Shown piece after piece: positions 10,930 to 24,839 of a stretch of 64,000 nucleotides of DNA (positions are counted from its first letter, which is position 1; each line of letters opens with the position of its first letter). The notes beneath the pieces were generated by a model that did no database searches, had not been told where the DNA came from, and was given only the letters and a program-made list of their open reading frames with translations. The stretch is from contig RHPI01000385.1 in assembly GCA_009103225.1 (NCBI GenBank), positions 19,962 to 83,961 of the forward strand, in the 5' to 3' direction. The position numbers and the translations under genes were made by a program. This DNA comes from Chlorokybus atmophyticus. Lineage: Eukaryota > Plantae > Mesostigma and Chlorokybus algae.

Positions 10930-13900
10930 TCACAAGTCCTCGTACCAAAAGCTTCCTGTACCTCTGCGCCTGTCTTGGCGCTGGCCTCTAGTTCTAGGCT
11001 GCTGCGTCTTTGTTCTAGCAGAGTTATACCACTCGGGCTCTTGCCACGACTCATACCCTGTATTGCTAGCCCTGCGCCTATCCCTGGCATCAGTTGTACC
11101 ACTCCAGAACGGGTACCTGTCACCGTACGACGAGGTGCTTGGCTTGTAATGCTGCGAGCGCTGCCTGTCCTCTTCTGCAAAGTCATACTCGCGGCGCTTC
11201 CTGTCATCCGACAAGACGCTGTAGGCCTCAGATACTAGCTTGAACAGGCGGTCTGCTTCACCGCGCACCGATTGCGCAACGTCCTCCGAGCACCCGTCAG
11301 GAAGCAAGTACGCTGCTGCTTTGTCGGGATGATGGCGCAAGGCAGCACGATGATATGCCTTCTTCACATCGAGTTTGGAGCTGCCCTTGGGAATCCCCAG
11401 CAGCTGGTAGTAGTCGAGCGGCAAAGTCCGGCCCGCCAGCTGTCGAGCTTGCTTCAAGCGGTCCAACACGTCAGTGGAGTGCCCAGCCAGTGCCTGCAAG
11501 CTTTCCAGATCTTGGACGGTGGCCGCGCCATCGCGGATTGCTTGATGCAGTGCAGCGCGCCGTGAAAGGGATTTGGAGTAGCGGGGATTGAGTGCCATGG
11601 CAACGGTGCAGTCCGCTATCGCATCTGTGGCACGCCCCAGTGCTTGTGCGCAAGCTGCTCTGTTGCTGAATAGCACTGCTCTCACTGGATCTACATACGC
11701 TCCACACAGAGCAAGAGCTTCTGTATACTTGTCTGACGCTTCCTGATACCGACCATCACTGTGCAAAACGTTCCCAGCCTCCTGCCACGCACAATACTCC
11801 GTTAGTAGGGCCACATCACCAGAGGTACAGCAGAAGTACAGATGAATCTACAAGGCCCAGCACAAACAGATTGCCTTTGCCAACCATTTTTGACATTCAT
11901 TCATCATTGATCTCCCCACGCAAGCTTGTAACCACATCGCGCACATCAAACAAGTGTGCCAATCAAGGACTGATAACGTCTGCATTGTCACCTATCAAGT
12001 ACTGACCTTCAGAGACAGGATGCTTTGTATGGTGGTTACAAGGTTGACCGAGTTGTTGCTGGCCACGCTGCTGGTACGCATGCTTTGCAATCGTCGTTGC
12101 AATAACTTCAGTGCCAGCTCCAACTCGCCAGCACAGAAGCGAATGCGGGCTGCTCTGTCCAGCCAGTCCGCTGCTTCTGCATCTGCATAGCATTGGCAGG
12201 TCTAGTCTCAGTCTAGGCTTGCGATCAGCCAGTACACAAGCTGCGACCAGCAACATGCGAGGCATAATTGCACCATCAAGTGTTACCTTGCGCATCATCT
12301 GGCGATTGCTGCTGAGACACCTTGCTGCACTCCTCCTCGCAGTATGCAGCTGCAGTCTCGTACTTCTTGAGCTGCGTGACACAAGCATAAAATCAGCTGC
12401 ACATACTGATAGCAGGTTAGCACATATGCCGGTCGCTTAAGAGCCCCAATAGCAGGAATGCCGCAACGTACAGTGAGCAGCACGAAGACATGGAGGCGCT
12501 TCAGATCAGACCAGTGCGGAGCAAGGATGAGAGTTTGTTCAGATATCTGCAGCGCTCGTGAGGGGTCTGGTTGTGAAGCCTTCACAGCACCATCAAGCGG
12601 GTTCCCGTGCTGAAAGCAGAATGTCGCAGCCGCATTGGTAGCACCAGCAACAAGTTCTTGTATGCGAACATGCTGTGCACGAATGCGCTCTGCAGTACTT
12701 CGCCCTTCCGCAATCTCTTGCAGGATGGATGCACGAGACTCGTAGTCCAATTGGCTTGCCCATGGCTCACAATCGCGGTATGCCTCCAGCACAGCTGCTG
12801 TATCTCCCAGCCTCAGTTGGCAGCTGCGCATAGCATTGTTATAATCAATGCATGTTGGTAGCATGCCAGTGTGTACACAAATGTGCTGATGAGAAACACA
12901 ACTGCGAACAAACACAATACTCTGGTACTCACATCGCAAGGCGCAAACGCGGCCGCAAGTATGACGCATTATGTTCAAGCGCAGATCTGCAATCCAGCAT
13001 AGCATGATAAGGCCGTCCTTGCATAAGCCGTGTAGCCGCCCGGTTGCCGTAAGAGAGAGCCACTGTATGGCCTTCCCTGCCACCCGGTGATCTGGACTTG
13101 CCAAAGGCTTGCGCGCTGCACTGTTCTTCTGCCTCCAATGCAAGTGCGATTGCCTTGGAGAAGGCCTTCTCGGCCAGATGGTAGTCACCTTGTTTGTAGA
13201 AGTCCTTGCCTTGTACCCGCACCTCCTCTGCTGCTGCATGTTTTGCTGCCACTTGCACGGCCGCTGCAGAGGCAGCTGCTGCTGCTGCTATGAAACTTGG
13301 GGACGGAACGGGCATGCTGCTGCCGCGCGGCTCAGCATCTGTGCCGGACAGTGATGTGAGATGATAAATGCCAACATGTCTGCAGCAGACAAGGCAGCTA
13401 CTGTCCTCACCTTGCGACGCCTTTGCCGGTGATCGGACAGGTCTGCGACTGCGATGCGAGTGATGGCTGCGAGGTTTTCTAGGGCTAATGCTAAGGCTGG
13501 CCATACCGTTCTCCACAGCCGTGAACTGGAAAGTCAGAGGGGGCCCAGTGACATCTGATGACTGTGCTGAGCTGTATGTGGCGCTTGCATCATCTTGCAT
13601 AGTAACGCTCATGGTGTTCAACTTCGCACTGCGGTCAACAATGTGCATCTTTGTGAGATCTACTCCTAAACGGCCCAGCTCCTCAGATGGTATGCTGCCA
13701 AGATTGAGACGTGCAGTAGCATCGCGCAGCACTTCCACTGACACCGGTTCCACTCCATCCGAAGCAGCACTGGCACTTATGCTCGTCGTGCCTGGCAACG
13801 ATGTCGCTGGTATACTGAAAGATGCGGGTACGGACCCTGTAGGCTTGCGGTGCGCCCTGTGAGCGCTATGTTTGGACTTATGAGCAGGTGTCTTGTTGGC

Positions 13901-15622
13901 AATGGGTGTTGCTGTTGAGCCAAAAACGAACGGCTGAACAGGATCCGGCTCAAATCTTGCTGCATATGGTGTGCCCACAGCTGGCGCACCCTCTGCTGCA
14001 GGTGCACTCTCTGCAGTCACAGTGTCCGTGTCTACTTGTGGCGGGGGCGATACGCGCATGGGGCTGCCCGGTGCCATGTCCAAGGCAGAAAAGGCTTCAG
14101 CTGAGAAAAAGCTTGGTTCGGTTGTGCATGTTGATGCTCCAGTTGCCGGGTTGCTTGCTGTCTCTTTCCTTGTGCTGCTTGGGTGGCGAGGGCGACGCTG
14201 GACACGACGCGCTGAAGGAGGTGGCGTCTGACACTCCCCTGTGCTCCCCTGTGCTTTACAAGCGCTGAATACGAATGATGGAGATGCAGATGCCGCAGCA
14301 GGTTCCTCACCCCCAGTCTCAGCAGATTCGCCCGCACCCTCTGCGGGCAATGGAGTTGCCGTATGCGCATGCTGCAATGGTGAATACTCTTCATCTGAGG
14401 AGTGCTTGACCTCACTGCAGTCATCATTGGCATTCTCAAACTGTGCAAATGCGCTGATCGTGCTCTTCTGTTTGGGAGATGACGTGCCACCATTGGCATG
14501 TCGCATCCCAGATGAGGCCGTATCCGTGTCCATGTCGCTGGCAGCCGGAGATGACGGAGGCGTCAGATAGACAGAGGACGAGACGGTGGGTGAATCAGGC
14601 TGCTCCTTGTCAATGGTGGACCGCACGCTGGTGAACTGCACTCCTTGGGATACACTGGGCATGGGTTCCATAGGACAAGTAGACTCGCGGTGTTCAACGC
14701 CATTTGCAACATTGTTGGGTTGCAGGTAGCTGGCCGCTGGAGACACCTTGGCACTGCTTGCAACCACATTGGCTGCTTTGGGTGGTTGCAAAGTCCGTTT
14801 GCTATTGCTGACATCTTCCGCCGTCAAGCCTTGTGCGGTGCTGTCAGCTTTGGAATGCTCTGCACGTGTCGTGTCCTGAGCTGTGTGCTCATGCTTCCTT
14901 GCCAGATGCTGCTGGCGTTTTTGGTAGACATTGAAGGCAGGAGAATGATTTCCCCCCGCCTGCTGAGGGTTGCCTTGTGGCAGCGGCCATGATTGCATGC
15001 TTGGAGCAAAAGGCTGCGGGTGAGGATCATCAGGCATTGCGTTGAATGAATGCAAAGATCCCACAAGAGACAAATGTTCTTTGCGCAGGCCTACCGCAGA
15101 GCTCGCAGGAGGAAGAGTGCTGGGCCCCGAACCCCTGCTTCCGCTCATCACAACGGGCGTGGGCATCCACTGACGGTGCACATTTCCTGTGGGCTGCATT
15201 TCAGCGCTCGGATTCGTCTGGTGGAGATATGCAAGCGCATCATCGCCAGCACGTTGCGATGAGCCCGCATTGTTGTTGACCGGGCGCAACACGCCACCAC
15301 GCCCAAAGAGAACTGAACGCCCTGGGTTGAAGGCACTGCTTGGCTGCTGCGCAAACGTTGGGCGGTTGACATCATGCTGCTTCAAAAATGGCCGAGCTTG
15401 TGATGATGATTCCTGCTGCTGCTCCCAAACCTGCTGGACCTTCGGCCAGTCTCCAGACTGCTCTCGAACACTCTCGGGTTGCCAGTCAGCAGGGACATTT
15501 GGGAAACGCCGCGACTGGTGCGCAGGCTGCTGCACTACGACAGGTGCGGCCCACATGCCAGTACCAACAAACAGAGACGATGCAGCACTCCTGCTGCGGT
15601 GACGAGCAGTAGCATCTGCCAT
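10930..15622 (-). CDS. TPR-repeat + C-terminal J-domain co-chaperone (DNAJC7/TPR2-like) with a long disordered N-terminus
   Basis: The 897-codon first exon ends in TPRs (GKDFYKQGDYHLAEKAFSKAI, SYGNRAATRLM). The last exon has TPRs (FSNRAACAQALG) and a J domain (DYYQLLGI...KKAYHRAALRHHPDK). Confidence 0.9.
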
Positions 15623-16570
15623 GCTTGTGTGAACTGCTCTGCTATGCTACAGCATGGTCCTCAGAGCGCTGCTGATCACGATTCACCGTGGCCTGAAATA
15701 CACGACAATATCGTCACCAAGAACTCCCAGTGTAACAGCACACTGCATGAAAAGTTGCGTTCATAAGATGTCGTAGACATGTTTGTCTTTGCGCACAAGA
15801 TTTGGTATATTTCGTAGTATACTTCCTATGCAGCAATCATTCACATGCATGCCTGTGAATGAGCGCACAACAGATGTAAACGAAGCATGAGGTGCACTGA
15901 AAAGCACACACCAGTAGCACACAACACAAACTGCGTGAGTGTGCGGACTGCTGTCACTTGTTCCGGAACTCGTGCAACGCAATTACTGACCTACCACTGA
16001 CGCTGCAGCAGGAGAATGGCTTTGCAGTGCAAAGCTTACGACAAGGCTGGACAGAAACTGCAAACAAGTTGGGTCTTGATCAATGTAGGGTCTACGTTAG
16101 GGTTGGGGCAGTGCGGCCAGGATAGTAATGGCATCTTTCTGCGACTATATCAGCAGTGCATTGTGCAAAACATGAGCCATTGACCATAACGGCAGCTTTT
16201 TCATGCTGTGCGCAAATTGTCAAACGAAATTCAGTACAGCAACGATAAGACTTGCTGACATTTGTGGACGCGCAGTACAGTTAAGCAAACCAAGTTGCTG
16301 CAAACAAACGAAATTAAGTACACAGAGACATGCTCCTTGCCACGTAGATGAAAGCGACGACGACCACATGAAGCATGCCAAGCACATCAACTCCTTGGTT
16401 ATTCACCCTGTGAGGTTGCACAGTACCTGTAGCGCCGAATAGGGAGATCGCTGCGCGGGTGCAGGCCACACTCTCACTCATCCCCTGACTTCCGGGCATG
16501 CCAAGCCCCCAGCCGCATCTCGTCCGCCCACGCCGCCGCCGCCGCCGCTGTTACGCCAGCCACTTGAAGG

Positions 16571-16579
16571 TTAGGGTTT
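16571..16579 (-). promoter_or_regulatory. Telo-box near the presumed TSS of the TPR-DnaJ gene
   Basis: TTAGGGTTT on the + strand, next to a GCC tract and the palindrome TTTGCGCGCGCAAA (16592-16605). Confidence 0.5.
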
Positions 16580-18446
16580 TGAACGCGACGTTTTGCGCGC
16601 GCAAAGCGGAGCGCGATGGTGGCGTACATGTGTATTGCAACTGGCAACGTGCCAGTCACTCGATTTGAATGTGTTTTGTCCCGATTGGATGCTTTTGAGA
16701 AGTTTGTCCCGATGTGGCTTCACTGTGCTTATTGCCTCAAACAGTGTACACAACAAGAAGTTGACCCCCAAAAGAACCACATACCGTAAGCTAACAACTT
16801 CAATACGTGAAATTCAAGTGAACATATACGTGAGCATATATCACTTGACTAAAGAAGAATAATCAATTGTAGTTATGACAATGCATGTTAAACAAAGTGA
16901 ATACAAACTCCGTGGAGACATACACACTGATGTTGATAGTATTCGATTTAAATTAAATTAATCTGTATATTTTCATCACTGGATATTTTTGGTTAGGAGC
17001 ATGTTTGCAGTTTCAATAAAACACTATATGAGACTTGTTCAATTTAAAACACCCGCTGCAATGCGCTTTGGCTTTGTAGGCTCGGCATTTAACATTCCTC
17101 TTAGTCAAAATTATTTCGCAGCATCATAATATTTATTGCAGATATATATTAAATAAGTTTAGACAGCCCTTCTCCTCATCTGAATATTCGTGCCTTTTGC
17201 AATCCTTCATGTTAAACAAATATCGTAAGACAGCCTTTTGCTTCACAACAATCCCCACTGCACCATCATATTATTCTCCTTGCGTTCACTTTACATCGCA
17301 GACTGTGCACTGTGACTCATAAGGCACAATAGCAGCTCGTCTTTAATCATGTTTCTTTCATTCCATCCTCCAACAATTGTGCACCACCCACTCACAACAC
17401 CTTGATGTCACAATGTTTATAGTATGAACGCTTGCGTATTGCAAATTCTCTACTGCAAAACGGATAGCATGAATGAGGCGCACCATTAGCTACAGTATGC
17501 AGTTGTCTACGCACGACAATGACTTACTTTAGATGTTTAATCTGACATTCCAGGGTGTTGCAAATCGGACATGTGATCAGGGCTTGCTATTACTTGCTCA
17601 TCATATTTGTGTGTGACTTGAGTTGCCGCAGTGAAACTAACAGTTTTAGTAATAGGCAACCCGTTTACCGTAAGCAATCTTCTAATGATTTCTTTTCGGC
17701 AACCTGACATCATGGATAAGGAAGCTTCTATTTTATTTTGTGCCAGCACCTCCGGATTTTAAAGACCGGACATGTGTCACTGTAAGATGCATACCGTACG
17801 TTGTGACATGCAAGAGTGCAACGTTAGGCATTTCCTTCGGACCATGTAAGCAAAAGGCGCTCACATGCTGAGGGTTTGTTAAGATTAAGGATTATCTAAG
17901 CCGCTACCCATGGGTTATCGCCAAGTTATTATTATAAATTAAATAACGAGCTTATATGAATGCTGTTATTCATGACGTGGTGTCTTATCTTGGATTGCAT
18001 CGTCATAACCTGATAGTAATCACCATTGGTATACCACCACTTACAAGATGTACAAGCCGAGCCGCTTACCGAAGTATTTAAGCTTTAGCCGCTCATTTTT
18101 ATGATAATCATCTAAAAGGATGTGCGCAACTGTTCATTTGTGTTGCGTGACCGTTATTACGGGTCAGACATCGTGTAGAACTTTGATCACATGTTACGAG
18201 GTTACGATCAATGCGGATTATCATCATTAATAGCGTAGTTGCCACACTCATTGTTAAACAATATCAATCTAAAAATTGTTAAAAAGTTGCTTCCTTCATA
18301 TAATAGCCACCAATGTTGTGGGGGTGCTGCAAGTGAACGTGATTACGTATTTATGTAAGCGAGTGCTACCGCGCCGAGAATGAGTTCTTAAGATCTTTTG
18401 CGTGAGGCTTCGCGATGTTATATTTTACCCCCCCCCTTGCCCCCCC

Positions 18447-18685
18447 NNNNNNNNNNNNNNNNNNNNNNNNNNNNNNNNNNNNNNNNNNNNNNNNNNNNNN
18501 NNNNNNNNNNNNNNNNNNNNNNNNNNNNNNNNNNNNNNNNNNNNNNNNNNNNNNNNNNNNNNNNNNNNNNNNNNNNNNNNNNNNNNNNNNNNNNNNNNNN
18601 NNNNNNNNNNNNNNNNNNNNNNNNNNNNNNNNNNNNNNNNNNNNNNNNNNNNNNNNNNNNNNNNNNNNNNNNNNNNNNNNNNNNN
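18447..18685. other. Assembly gap
   Basis: N run flanked by C tracts. Confidence 1.
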
Positions 18686-19614
18686 CCCTTGCGCAAGTTA
18701 CTCCTTTGCACATAAGAATCATTTAACAGACATTAGACAGTTAAATCCCCCTTGCCCTGCATGCATTTTTTACAGGCAGTACTGATGTAAACGTTTACAA
18801 CGGGGTTTTACGGTGCGGGGCGGTAAAATAAGCCTAATAACGGTATTATTTAAATCGGAAATGTGTGTTGATTATCATTCTCCATAAGTCAAAACCGGTT
18901 GCAGCTCTGGTAGAGCCGCAACCGACACTTTGACCCCCCCAATTGTATCGTTGTGTCTTAACAACGGCTGTTCGATCTTCATGCGTACCTCGCCCCTCCC
19001 ATTGCCCAATACAATACCCTTGCGTCACACGTACCAAACCAATCCATACAACGCATTTCGCTATCAATGCAGGTTCATGCACCTGTAAGTGCATTGATAC
19101 TTCTTCAATGCAAAAAAAATAATAAACAAGAGATGCACATGTCATGTGGCTCATGTCATAACGTATGCCGCTGGCACGGCATCGGTCACAGCCAAAACAC
19201 ACCAAATCAGTTGCTCGCCGTCCATTTGATTGGCTCGGAATCTCGTCCAGCCTGTGTCTGACGCACGCAAAAGCGCGACGAGCGCTGAGCCCCCCAAAAG
19301 CGCAATGGTGCTGCGATGTTTACTGCGGGCCGTCGGATAGGTTGTCCACTTGTCTTGCGGGCGGCAGCCCGGCATAGACGGCTGCGAACGCTCCTGGACC
19401 ATAGGGTGTGCGCTGTGGGGGGCAGTGGTGGTGTCGGTGGGAGTGTCCAGCGGCGGCGGGACAGGGCGCCGTCCGGCTGCTGGGTGGACGCGCCGTGGGG
19501 TAGGAGATAGAGAAGAAGGTGCAGTTGGTGAACAGGCAGGCACAGTGAGGCGCATGGTGGTTTAGCATTGCTTGTAAGCTCGGTGTGGGTGGAGGAGGAG
19601 GAGCTGCTCTGGGT

Positions 19615-22515
19615 ATGGTCGCAATGGCGTGCCAAGTTGCGTGCGGTCCTGTGCAGGCGCTCAATGCACAGTACGATGGGCTGCGCCGCAGAAGCACCGT
19701 CGGCCGGCAGGCGCCACGCACGCTGGCGCAGTTTGCACGTCCTGCCCGCAAGCACGCACAAGGTTCGACCGGCTTGCTTGTCATCATGCTTGTTATCATG
19801 ACGTAGACACTAATTGCATGAATCACTTTTGGTTTCGTATGGTGCATGCCCTGGCTTACACAGATAGCACGGCTGCTGCGTTACAGCAGTCCAGCTGGTC
19901 CTGGGCGCATGCGCAGTGCACACAGCTTTCACTGCTGCATTGCATGCTGCTGGCATTGTTGCATATTCCAGACGGCAATGTGATGTAGACTGCAATTCTG
20001 ACAAGCACTTGTCGTGATGTGTCCATCTTGCTCTGCCAGTGTCCAGTACTCAGTGGCAAGCCATTGCTTGCTTACATCTTTACAGCGGACTGCATGGCAT
20101 TGAAAGCTGCAGCTGTAATGAAGTTTGCACCAGAGCGCTGTCACAGTGCACAATGACCGGGTATAGTGGGCACGTCCTTCTATTAGCATTCAATCAGCTG
20201 GCTGACAGCATCCTGTCTCTTGTACAGCACGCAGAGTGACCGTGATGGTTGCATCCAATGGAGATCCCAAAACGCGCGTTGTGATCACTGGAATGGGTCT
20301 TGTGTCTTGCTTTGGTAACGATGTAGATACATTTTACAATAACCTGCTAGACGGCAAGTCTGGCATCCAGACTATCAGCGGTTGGGATCCAGCGGATCTG
20401 CCTACGCGATTCGCTGGCGAGATCAAGGACTTCTCCGCTGAAGGGTGAGTAAGCCTCGCTGGTCGGAATTGACCTGTCTGCAAGTATTGTGTGCATAACA
20501 CAGGTGCCACAAATACTTGTGGAGACTTGATTCCAATCAGCTACTGATGAGCAGTTGACTTCCGAGTATGTGTTACGTAATGTCTCATTTGGCAGGTATG
20601 TGGACAAGAAAAATGATCGGCGCATGGACAATTGTCTGCGGTATGGTATAGTTGCAGGCAAGAAGGCGCTTGAAAATGCTGGACTCAAAGGGGACAGCTT
20701 GGAGGCTCTTGACAAGTCACGCGCAGGAGTTTTGGTGAGCATGCCAATTAATCAATAGTCTTCATTTAACACAATGGTTCAAAGCAGTGTTCTGTGGTTG
20801 CTCACCGGAGTGTTGTACTTGATATGGGTTACAGGTTGGCACTGGCATGGGTGGGCTGAGCATATTCAGCGATGGTTGCAAAGCTATGTGGGAAAAGGGC
20901 TATAAGAAGATGTCGCCCTTCTTCATCCCTTACGCCATTACCAACATGGCTGGCGCATTGCTTGGCATTGACTTGGGCTTCATGGGACCAAACTACTCGG
21001 TACATTAGCAGTGTTCAACAACTGGCACAAAAGTGAAACGTCAAGCTTCATCTGGGTGATGGTGAAGCTTGGTAGCGTTTGTGTCAGGCTTGGCACTGCA
21101 TGTCAATGAACCTCCTTCTTGTCTGCAGATCTCCACGGCATGCGCAACCTCCAACTACTGTTTTTTCTCTGCGGCCAATCACATTCGCAATGGTGAGGCG
21201 GACCTCATGTTGGCCGGAGGCACTGAGGCGGCCATCATCCCTGTCGGTGTGGGTGGTTTTGTGGCATGCCGAGCGCTTTCACAACGCAATGCTGAACCAG
21301 AAAGGGCCTCCCGACCTTGGGACAAGGGGCGTGATGGCTTTGTTATGGGCGAGGGCTCTGGCGTGTTGGTGAGTTCAACTCTTATATTGCATGTCTGTTT
21401 CATTTGTACAACACGTGTTTACTCACAAGACTGCATTGCTTGTTATGGTACGCAACGTCCTCCCAGCATCTTGGTCAATGCCTTACACGGCTAGTACTAG
21501 TAGAGCTCTACTAGTAGTCCTCGGCTGTAGACTTGGGTTGCCCATACCAGTAATGTACATGAGGTGCCTGGACACAGCAATTCCTTCATAGTACATTCTT
21601 AACGATCGTGCACGTGTTGGAAGTAAGCTCATCAACATTCTTGCAGGTTATGGAGTCGCTCGAGCATGCCCTTAACAGGGGAGCACCAATCATTGCCGAG
21701 TACCTGGGTGGCGCAGTCACATGCGATGCCCACCACATGACTGACCCAAGGAAAGACGGGCTGGGCGTCGGGACCTGCATCAAGTTGTCGCTAAAAGATG
21801 CTCGGATTCCTGCCGAGCAGGTGAACATCACCACCTACAGCCAATTTGTGCTGGCATGATGCGCTTGCATGTACACACCGGTAGTCGATGTAGCGAATGA
21901 AGCCGCGTGCTAACTGATTATTGTACGCTGTGGTAGTCCCTTTCACATAAGCAGGATGCAGTCGCTGTCGATGCCAAGTGGCACATGCAATGCAGCAAAA
22001 GTTGTGGTACTGCCTGCCGCTACTGATCCCATCCCTTGACACAGGTCAACTACATCAACGCCCATGCAACCTCTACACTGGCTGGTGACATGGCTGAGGT
22101 GAACGCTATCAAGAGCGTTTTCAGTGAAACGTCGCATATCAAGATGAATGCCACCAAGGTACATGCACACTGCAGAGCTTGGCGGGCATGATTGCATGAG
22201 CAACGCACATGGCACGATTGCATACATGCAAGCGGAATTGACCAGAGTACTACTTGCGTCTAATCTACTTGAACGTTGCAGTCCATGATCGGACACTGCC
22301 TTGGCGCGGCCGGTGGTCTGGAGGCTATCGCAGTACTCAAAGCCATTGAGACCGGTTGGGTGCATCCAACAATCAATCAGGATGACCTTGAAGACGTTGG
22401 CATTGACACAGTTGCAAATGTGAAGCAGCAGCACGAAATTACTGCTGGCATCTCAAACTCATTTGGCTTTGGAGGCCACAACTCTTGTGTCATCTTCGCA
22501 CCATACAAGGCGTAA
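19615..22515 (+). CDS. KAS1: Plastid beta-ketoacyl-ACP synthase I
   Basis: Transit-peptide exon 19615-19762 splices in frame to 20228. Motifs: DPKTRVVITGMGLVS, catalytic STACATSNY, INAHATSTLAGD and MIGHCLGAAGGLEA (the HCLG form typical of KASI), ending NSFGFGGHNS...APYKA*. Confidence 0.95.
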
Positions 22516-23570
22516 AAGGTTTGGAGTTTAGGGCTTGCACTTAGGATGGGCTTGGACACCATTGTAGGTGTATCAGACACATGTCTGCAGCACCAGCATA
22601 GCTTGATTGATTTGCAGCGGGTCAAGACACATTCAGTAAAGATAAACGCTTCAGTGGCAGTCTGTAGGTATCTGCAAGCTGTGGTGAAACTGATGGATTG
22701 AAATAAGGTCCTCGTGCTGAGTAAAGCAGTTGTCTGAACACATCATAAAAGTAGGCAAGGATCACCGCCAGACAACCATGAAAGCAGGCAGTTGCATGTT
22801 TGCGTACCATGCATGCTGGTGTGTGCGCGTGCACCGTGTGCGTGTGTAAGGTGCATGCGCAAATAGGTATGCAGCCGCACCACGCCATGACCCTTTGCAG
22901 TTGCACGTGATGCAGCATGGTATACTAGCAGTGCTTGTTGTACAGATGTGCTCAGCATCCACTTCCATTGTCCTCAGTCCTGCAATACCAACCGCCTGCA
23001 CTGCAATAGTCCGGCACTACCAGCAGTAGTTAAAAAAGAAGTCAGAGGTCACACAACCCATGCACACCGCATTGTTCACCAGAGATGGTGCATCTAATAG
23101 CCTGGTCTTGTAGTAGCTTTGCTTGTGTGGTCTATTGCCATGGCCTGTCCTTGCTTGCCATTGCTACTGCAGTCTCCTGCGTATGTCTTTTTCTAATGGC
23201 CCCTTTGCTCTACATATGCTAATAACTGATGCTGGACTCAGCATCGTGATCAACAAGCCAACATGAACAGCCCACATAGATCACATAAGAGCTGCGCTAG
23301 GCACGCTCAAAGAATGTTTGTGAAAGATGCAAGCTCACACAAGCTCACACAAGCTCAAGCAAATTCCAGAAACCTAACACAAGGCAACAAATTAGGCGGG
23401 GGCCAAGGCAGAGTTGTACACCTACAGCATGCTAACGCTAAGACACTACTTGTACTAGAGCTCAGGCGACAACGGCATGAGAAGGCATAAGAAGTAACCA
23501 CCTGCAGAGGACACGGACATGCATACAACTGTGATATACATATATACAACGATGCTGATGCAGTCACTTT

Positions 23571-24807
23571 CTAGTCTGACCCTGTATATACCGGAACCTC
23601 AGGTTGTGCCGCAATAGAAAGCACAACTTGCTCCTGCACATCAGAGCCCTGCCCGGCGCTATGCTCAACAGCGGACTCCAACAAGCGCGTGTGTAGTCTC
23701 GTGTCAAGCTTCCACCGCTCCGCCTCCGAGCTCTGCAGCCGCTCCTGTGAGAGCACACATTAAACACAACATGACTCGCACACGCATGTCCACACCATGG
23801 CGACGTCGTACCTCCAGTCTGTGCATCTCCTCGAAGCACCGCCGCTCCATTGCCTCAGCGAATGACACAGCCTCCCTTTGCAGCGCCTCAGCCTGCACGC
23901 ACACTGTTCAGCAACAGTGCCCACACGTGCACACACAACCATACAGAGGCAGTAGGTAGGGTTGCCCAACGGTTCCCACTCACTTGCATCTGGCGGTTCT
24001 CAGCCAATGCGCACCGCCGGCGCCATTCCTCCACGGTCGCAAGGGCCGCAGCCACCTCAGCCGCCTCACGCGCACGCACGCGCGCGAGCGCACGCTCGGC
24101 CACACCATCAACATGGTGATGGGCAGGGTGTGTCTCAGATGACGATACTGTCAGCATGCTGCTGGGCGCGATAGAAAGTTCTTCAGGTTGGTGTTCCAGC
24201 ACATGGGCCTCCTCCTGCTGTTGTTGTTGTTGTTGTGGTGGTGGTGGTGGTTGCCGTTGTTGCTCTTGCTGCGGCTGTTGTTGTGAGTGGGCAATTAAAG
24301 CCAGCTGTTTGTCCTGTCTCAAGCGAGTCTCCTCTTCTTCACGGGCACGCTGTCGACGCCAGCCAACAACCTCCCCGATAGCCTGAGCAGCAGCACAAGC
24401 CACCTCACGGATCACCACCCCAACTACCCAACCTTCCACAATCTTGAGGAACATTCGCGCACGTGTGTACACGTGTATACACACACATACATGTAAACAC
24501 ACGCAAACCTCTTCCAAGCGAACCTGCAGCTGCCTGGTCTCATCCTCTCGCTCCCTATGGGATTCTGCCTGGCTTGCACGTGCAGCTGCCAACTCTTGTT
24601 GTGCCTGCGCCAACATCTCCCGCGCCTCCGCCGCATGCTACACAAGCCGTCGAACATAGTCAGCTACACGCAGTAAGCTCACACAGATACGCACATGTGA
24701 CTTGTATGTGCGTGCGTGTGCAGGTGGCGTACCGTCCTGGACACGCTTGCCTGCGTTTCAAGATTCTCACACCTCGCACATGCCTACATTGGAGCCGTTT
24801 TGTAATC

Positions 24808-24839
<32 letters not shown>

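Noticed and set aside
19151-19555. 134-aa minus-strand ORF divergent from KASI
   Set aside because: No recognisable domain; it is best explained as GC-rich KASI promoter/5' UTR.
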